Below are positions 56,041 through 64,000 of a stretch of 64,000 bases of DNA, in pieces (positions within the stretch are counted from its first letter, which is position 1; every line of letters begins with the position of its first letter). The notes beneath the pieces are model-generated. The model did not search any database. It was not told the DNA's origin and worked only from the letters and a program-made list of their open reading frames with translations. The stretch is from assembly GCF_009914755.1 (NCBI RefSeq), contig NC_060926.1; one strand, written 5' to 3'. Origin of the DNA: the human T2T-CHM13v2.0 reference genome, Homo sapiens. The translations under genes and the position numbers were made by a program.

Positions 56041-57059
56041 TTTAAATATTGTAGACCCATGCACAGATTTGGACATATATACATATAGCTTTTCCTGTTT
56101 TGGGTTATTTCAACTACATGCCAACTACTCTGAAAATCACAATGGTATAAAGAATTGTCCATATTTTGAGAATAGTATAGCCAAAGCACCAAATCCACAT
56201 AGCAGAATTCAATCCTCTATTGCACTTTTTTTCTAAAATATGTATCCCCATTATTACAAAGAAATTGTTAATGCACAGTGCAGTATTTCATAGACTGGGG
56301 AATGTCACACAGTCTGTAGTCATTTTTGAAAACTCAGGCTCTCTTTTAAAGAAAGAGAAGTACTCTGCTGAAAATATGTTCAATGGTATGGCTCCATAAA
56401 TACACATTTTTGCATCTCATTTTCATGAAGATCTCATGGGTACAGCAGTCACCGAGCTTTACCGAAACACTTCCGTGCCAGAAAAACAATATAACTCAAC
56501 AGACTCAACAGACTCAATATAAAATTATTATTATTTTAAGTGTTATTACTTTTATAGCTACATGAATGCCTGTGGCGCTTTGCAGCAAATAAAAAACATG
56601 CTATCAAATAAATGTATACAAAATATCAGAACTAAAGAGCTTATAATTTAAGGACTAAACTAGCAAAAGACTGCAGGTGCTTAAAAAATGAGGACAACAC
56701 TGCCTTTGGAGATTGGGAAGAAAGAAGAAAAATACGTAGTTCTGAATTTTGGAGGATGCTAAGATGGCAGATTTATTCAACCATTTCACTTTCATTTAGA
56801 TCATGGGAAATAGTCAAGTCATGCACATCAAAATTCAATCTATTAAGGGTGAAAAATGAAATACACATTTTTGAAAATCAACAACACAACATCAGTGCTA
56901 GGATGTAGTGAAAAATATGTACAAATATTTTCATCCTATATTGCGCCATCCTCTTCAGCGTCCTCCTTTCTGTCCTGAGGCTGTCTTCAGAAACTCTGTT
57001 TTTCCTCCTTTTTACTCTTCTTCCCAGTTTCCTTCTCCTCTCTTTTGCCCAAAGGAGCT

Positions 57060-57620
57060 ATGCAGGGCTCTTCATGATTTCCAGTGTTTTAACTTTTCAC
57101 TGTCATCTCTTGGTGACACCTCCACCAACACCTACCCTCAAGTCAGATTAAACTACTTACAGCTGCCTAAAGTATCTCTGAAATTCTAATCCTTAGATCA
57201 GAAAAGCTACAAATAAATATAACCTAACTTTCTACTCCTTTGCTGCCTCCCAGCTTTTCTCCAAGGGGATATTCCTGTTTAACTCTACTCACTCATCTCG
57301 GACCTTGTCATCTTCAGAAGACCTCCACTCTCCCGGGCTTGGTTGTGCAGCCAACTGTTCTCACCTGTCTTCGTGTGTCCTCCTGTTGGGTCAGGGTGGA
57401 TGTATTTTCTCAATCCTACAAAAGCCTGAGACCAGTTCCTTTGGAGAATGGTTGTCTTCCATCTCTCTAGTCCACTCCAGGCTCTTCCACACTCTTTGTC
57501 CTCTCCTTAAACCCCCTCAATCACAAACCCAGATCCTTGACTCTCAAGTTGACATCATTTTATAATTCCCACTCCCTCTTTTTCTATAGTCGCCATCGTT
57601 TTATTGACAATGGCATGACA
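57060..57620. mobile_element. L2 relic
   Basis: Pyrimidine-rich diverged L2-like sequence. Confidence 0.4.
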
Positions 57621-57624
57621 AGCA

Positions 57625-58710
<1,086 letters not shown>

Positions 58711-59351
58711 TCGACCATCATATTCTCGGACTGCTTTGGGTTATGGCTGTAAGAATGTGGAATCTTTCCAGCCTTCCTGTCTTCACATTGTCTCACAGAA
58801 CATATGTTCTGCTACTAATTTACTTCATTAGATTTCAACAAATATACAAGACACTGCTAACATGTTAAACATAAGACGATACCTTTTAAAAGTCTCCTAC
58901 ATGTATTTTGTAGAGTGAATACTTAATCTGACATTATTTTACTCGGTTGCATCGGGGCCCCTTCTAATCGGTGCTCCTACCCATTAGGCACACACTGAGG
59001 TATAAACAGTTGAAGACAACTGGAAGTGTGACACCCTTAATCTGATTTCCTTTATTCTCTCCTATCCTTATTTCCTAAAGCAAACTACATTTTAACAGCA
59101 CAAACATAATTCAAGATTCTTGACAAAAAGGGACGATCTATCATGTTGGAAGATTCTTTGTCCTTCTTGATCATATGTAAAACATGATAATGTCAACAAA
59201 GAGAAGTAGTTACAATATAACTAGAATTTATAGTGCACTTGGGGGATGAGAGGAGATAGGTAGATGGGAGTTAAGCAAGTATTAGACCATTAGGAAATCT
59301 GTCAAAGCACTGAGTAATGGCCGCTATGAAAATAATAAAAAATACAAAATG

Positions 59352-59700
<349 letters not shown>

Positions 59701-60242
59701 TTAGGTGCTGAGTGTTGCTAGAGAAATAAACGCATGTGCTAGATTTTCCTTCCTTGCATGTTAGCAGAAAGTACATTTTAGTGCCGAGTTGAAAAAGTTC
59801 CCCAGCATGGTTTGAGGCCTGATGTTTTTCAAAGACATCAGAGGTCTTTCCTGCTGAACTGTGAAAGGATTTAAAGTTATTCCACACTTGAGAAAGCTGT
59901 TAAAATAAGGAAAATTTTGGTTATTGCTCTCATAACTGTTTGATCTTTCCATTTGTTTAACAAAATGTGTGCTATCTCAACTGTTAACCACAGGATGAGA
60001 TTTGTTCTGTGTCATAATAAAGGCCTTAGAGGAAAGGCCAACATATGACTCATCCTAGTGATACAAAATCCTTACAAATCTGGGATAATGTGTGAGCCCT
60101 ATCTATTCATGCAGGTGTTCCAGCAGATGCTGACATTTTCTCCATTCTCTTCAGTAGAAAAATTTGAGCTGATTTGCTGACTATTGAATTTAGAAGTCCA
60201 CTGACAATGAGAATCTTTAAAAAGTTCCTTTCTGGAAAACCA

Positions 60243-60358
60243 GTGTGTGTGATTGTGTATATGTGTGTGTATTTTATTTGTGTGTGTGGATGTGAATGTG
60301 TGCGTGTGTGTGAGAGAGAGAGAGGGAGACTGTGTGGGTGTGTATGTATGTTTGAGAG
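60243..60358 (+). repeat. Degenerate (TG)n/(GA)n compound microsatellite
   Basis: Direct inspection. Confidence 0.9.
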
Positions 60359-61699
60359 AAAAAAAACAGCCACCAAAAAAATGCAATTAATGAAGATTTT
60401 CTGTGCACACTTTGTTTGAATTCCACAGTCTACTTTAAACACTCTGAATGATTATAATTAAAAACTCTTCCGTGGAAAGATAGAGATTGCTGAGTCTTTA
60501 GAAAGCATCTTCTCGGAGATTAAAATATCTATTTTCCTTTCTTTAACATTTGTGTATGTAGAGGGACAAATTAGAAATAATTAAAGTGAGTACAGGAATA
60601 CCAAACCCTAATGAGTGCCTGTTTCGGATATGTTTTTAAATAATGTGAGATCTTCTGTTGAAGAGAGTGCAAAGACATTTCTAACGAGGATTGCAGAAGA
60701 AACTGAATGTAAAAGATCGATGTAAGGCCCAGAATACCATAGATGCTCTTAATATCTGAACTTTCTAACCTTTCCATTTCTTCAAGGTTGAGTTATTCAA
60801 ATTCAAAGAAGATGATCAATCTTCTTTTGAAATAATACCAAATAAAAAGTGTAATTGTAGTTTTGTTTTGTTCCAATTTTATTTGAAACACAGATGCAAA
60901 TTTTGTCACCAGAAATTTAATGAGTAGAAAACTGAATTTAGGCCTGGTCTTGTTACATCTATAAAGGAGACAAAATGCTAGCCCTGTGTTTCTATCTGAT
61001 GCAGCCATCTCAGGTGAGTGAAGAATTCTATTTGTGCTCTTGCATTTAGATAAGTCTGTAACTGGGACAATAAAAGATATCTCTGGCAAGTGTTATTTGT
61101 GAAGGGTAAAGCCACTACTATGGGTAGTGCACTAATCACATTTTTTTTACTAAATTTATTTTAATTTGTTTAATGAAAAAATGAATGTGTAAATTTAAAA
61201 ATCAAATAAGACTAAATTTTCAAAATGAAAAGGAGAAATCTTTTGTTCAATCCCTTCCTATTCCATAGTTCTATCAAAGGTGATCACATTCAAAATTAAA
61301 TCCTATTTTCAGGCAAATGCTGTAGTGTGGCTAAATAAGATGATAAAAAAAAGAAAGCTATTTCTTGGCTTAACAATATTAGACATCACTTAATATAGTA
61401 ATTGGGGCTTAATCTCTCTTGTTAAACCATCTTTATATTTTACTTTCCCAATATTGTAACACATCAATATTTTTTGTTAAGTTGTCACAGTTTTTATTTT
61501 ATGATTTGTAATTTATAAATAATGTCTGGCTTAGTCAGGAATTATGTTAATAAGCATTGTTTTCTTATACACATGTCTAATTTCTTGTTTGACATTAATA
61601 TACATTCACCTGCCATACCATAACACATCCCTCCTGGAGAGCCCCCTACCAGTGGTACTCCCCCTGTCACCTACAGAGTGTTTTTGCTAATAGTTTGGA

Positions 61700-62798
61700 A
61701 TCATCCCAGGGCCTCCAGCCCAGCTGGGGCTTGAGTTTGAGAAAGCAGAAGGCAAAGCCACTGACTCAGTCCCAGACCATCAGGATACGAACTCATAACC
61801 CAAGAGTGTGGAGCTGAGTCTTGCCTCCTGAAAGCATCCAGAAACAAAGCCATTCAACTATACCCAACTTGCACCACAATCAAATCCTCAAGGGCAATAA
61901 AGATCATAAAAATGAAAAGCCCCATCCAAAGTACAGCAACTTCAAAGGATAAAGGAACATCAGCTCTCACAGATGAGAAAGAACCTATGCAAGAACTCTG
62001 GCAACTCTAAAAGCCAGAGTGTCTTCTTACCACCAAATGATTGCACTAGCTCCTCAGCAATGGATTCTAACCAGATTGAAATGGTGAAATGTCAAACAAA
62101 GAATTCAGAATCTGGATGCCAAGGAAGTGCATCAAGATAAAAGAGAAGGATTAAACCCAATCCAAAGAAAACAGTAAAACAAACCAAGATTTGAAAGACA
62201 ATATAACCATTTTAAGAAAGAAACAAACTGAACTTGTAGAAATGAAAAATATACCACAAGAATTTCAAGATTCAACTGGAAGTATTAACAACAGAATAGA
62301 CCAAGCTGAGGAATGAATCTCATAGCTTGAAGACAACTCCTTTGAAGCAACACAGAGAGACAAAAAAAAATAATTTTAAAAAGTGAATTAAATATCCCAA
62401 GAAATATGGGATTATATAAATAAACAAAATCTATAATCCATTGGCATTCCAGAAATAGAATAAAAGAACACAAACAACTTGGTAAACATATCTGAAGATA
62501 TAATCCATGAAAAATTTCCCAATCCCACTAGAGAGGTCAACATGCAAATTCAAGAAATACAGAGAACCCCTGTGGGATAAGATCCAAAGTGACCATTCCC
62601 AAGACACATAGTGATCAGATTCTCCAAGGTCAACATGAAAGAAAACAGTCTCAAAGGCAGCTAGAGAAAAAGGAGAGGGAAATTACAAAAGGAATTCCAT
62701 CAGGCTAACAGTGGACCTTCAGCAGAAAGCTTACAAGTGAGAAGGGATTAAGAAGCTATTTTCAGTATTGTTTTTTTTCTTTTTCTTTCTTTCTTTTC

Positions 62799-62836
<38 letters not shown>

Positions 62837-62849
62837 CTTTCTTTCTTTC

Positions 62850-62913
<64 letters not shown>

Positions 62914-64000
62914 TCCTTCTTTCTTTCTTTGAAACAGTGTCTCAGTTTGTTGCCCAGGCTGGAGTGCAGTGGCACAATTTTGGCTCACTGCAACCTCTGC
63001 CTCTTGGTTCCAGTGATTCTCCTGCTTCAGCCTCCCTAGTAGCTGGGCTTAAAGGCACATGCCACTATGCCCAACTAATCTTTGTATTTTTAGTAGAGAT
63101 GTGTTTTCACCTTGTTGGCCAGACTGGTCTCAAACTCCTGACCTCAAGTGATCCTCCCACCTCAGCCTCCCAAAGTACTGGTATTATAGGTCTGAGCCAT
63201 CACACCCAGGCTCAATATTTTTAAAGAAAATAAATTCCAACCAAGAATTTCATATCTTGCCAAATCAGGCTTCTTAAGTGAAGGAGAAATGGAATCCTTT
63301 ACAGACAAGGTAATGCTAGGGGAATTCTTTACCACCAGACCTGCCATACAAGAGCTCCTAAATGGAGTGCTAACTATGGAAAAGAAAGAATGATATATGC
63401 CACCACAAAAAGCCACTTAAGTACACATCCTACTGATGCTATTAACCAACTGTATAATCAAGTCTACATAATAACCAGCTAAAAACATGATGACAGGATT
63501 AAATTCTCACATATCAATATTGATACTGAATATACATGGTTTAAATTCCCCAATTAAGAGACGCAGAACAGCAAAATGGATAAAGAAGCAAGACCCACTG
63601 CCTGCTGTTTTCAGAGATCTTTTTCACAAGTAATGAAACCCATAGGCTCAAAGTAAAGGGATGGGAAAGATCTATCAGACACATGGAAAACCAACAAGAG
63701 CAAGGGTAACTATTCCTATGTCAGATGAAACAGACTTTAAACCAACAATGACCAAAAAGGACCAAGAAGGGCATTACATAGTGATAAAAGGCTCAATCCA
63801 ACAATAAGACTTAACCATTCTAAAGATATACATACTCAACATTGAAGTACCCAGATTTATAAAACAAGACTTTAGAGATATACAAAGAGATTTAGATGAC
63901 CACATAATAACACAGGGGAACTTCAACGCCCCACTGACAACGTTAGACAGATTATCAAGGCAGAAAACAAACAAAGATACTATGGAGTTAAACTCGATAC
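61700..64000 (+). mobile_element. Old primate L1 (L1PA13-16-like): 5'UTR end, ORF1 and start of ORF2; runs off the window end
   Basis: AAGAACTCTGGCAACTCTAAAAGCCAGAGTG, decayed ORF1, ATGACAGGATTAAATTCTCACATATCAAT ORF2 start near 63490. Confidence 0.9.
62771..63211 (-). mobile_element. AluS/J-type SINE with a ~160-bp (TTTC)n tail
   Basis: Alu body ~62930-63211; TSD TCA(G/A)TATT. Confidence 0.94.

Noticed and set aside
60980-61020. CAG|GTGAGT consensus donor
   Set aside because: No convincing upstream acceptor or reading frame
62731-62988. Lys/Glu/Arg-rich ORFs
   Set aside because: Translation of the (AAAG)n Alu tail

Overview
AT-rich primate (catarrhine/hominoid-type) nuclear DNA, intronic or intergenic, dominated by transposable elements. 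It holds nested L1 fragments of several ages, one near-full-length old L1, about 15 Alus, MaLR/ERVL solo LTRs, MER20/MER8/MADE1 DNA transposons, and MIR/L2 relics. I found no recognisable protein-coding gene or RNA gene; nearly all listed ORFs are decayed L1/Alu translations or low-complexity sequence. I see no convincing novel biological system. The best observations are retrotransposition and rearrangement footprints: a polyadenylated LTR-fragment retrocopy with TSD, a twin-primed L1, a short 3'-transduction tag, a ~245-bp monomer array in an L1 5'UTR, and a perfect 75-bp duplication. There is also a sharp L1 orientation switch near 26 kb, beside weak + strand exon candidates. Subfamily names come from recalled consensus sequences, not from a RepeatMasker run, and boundaries of old elements are approximate.
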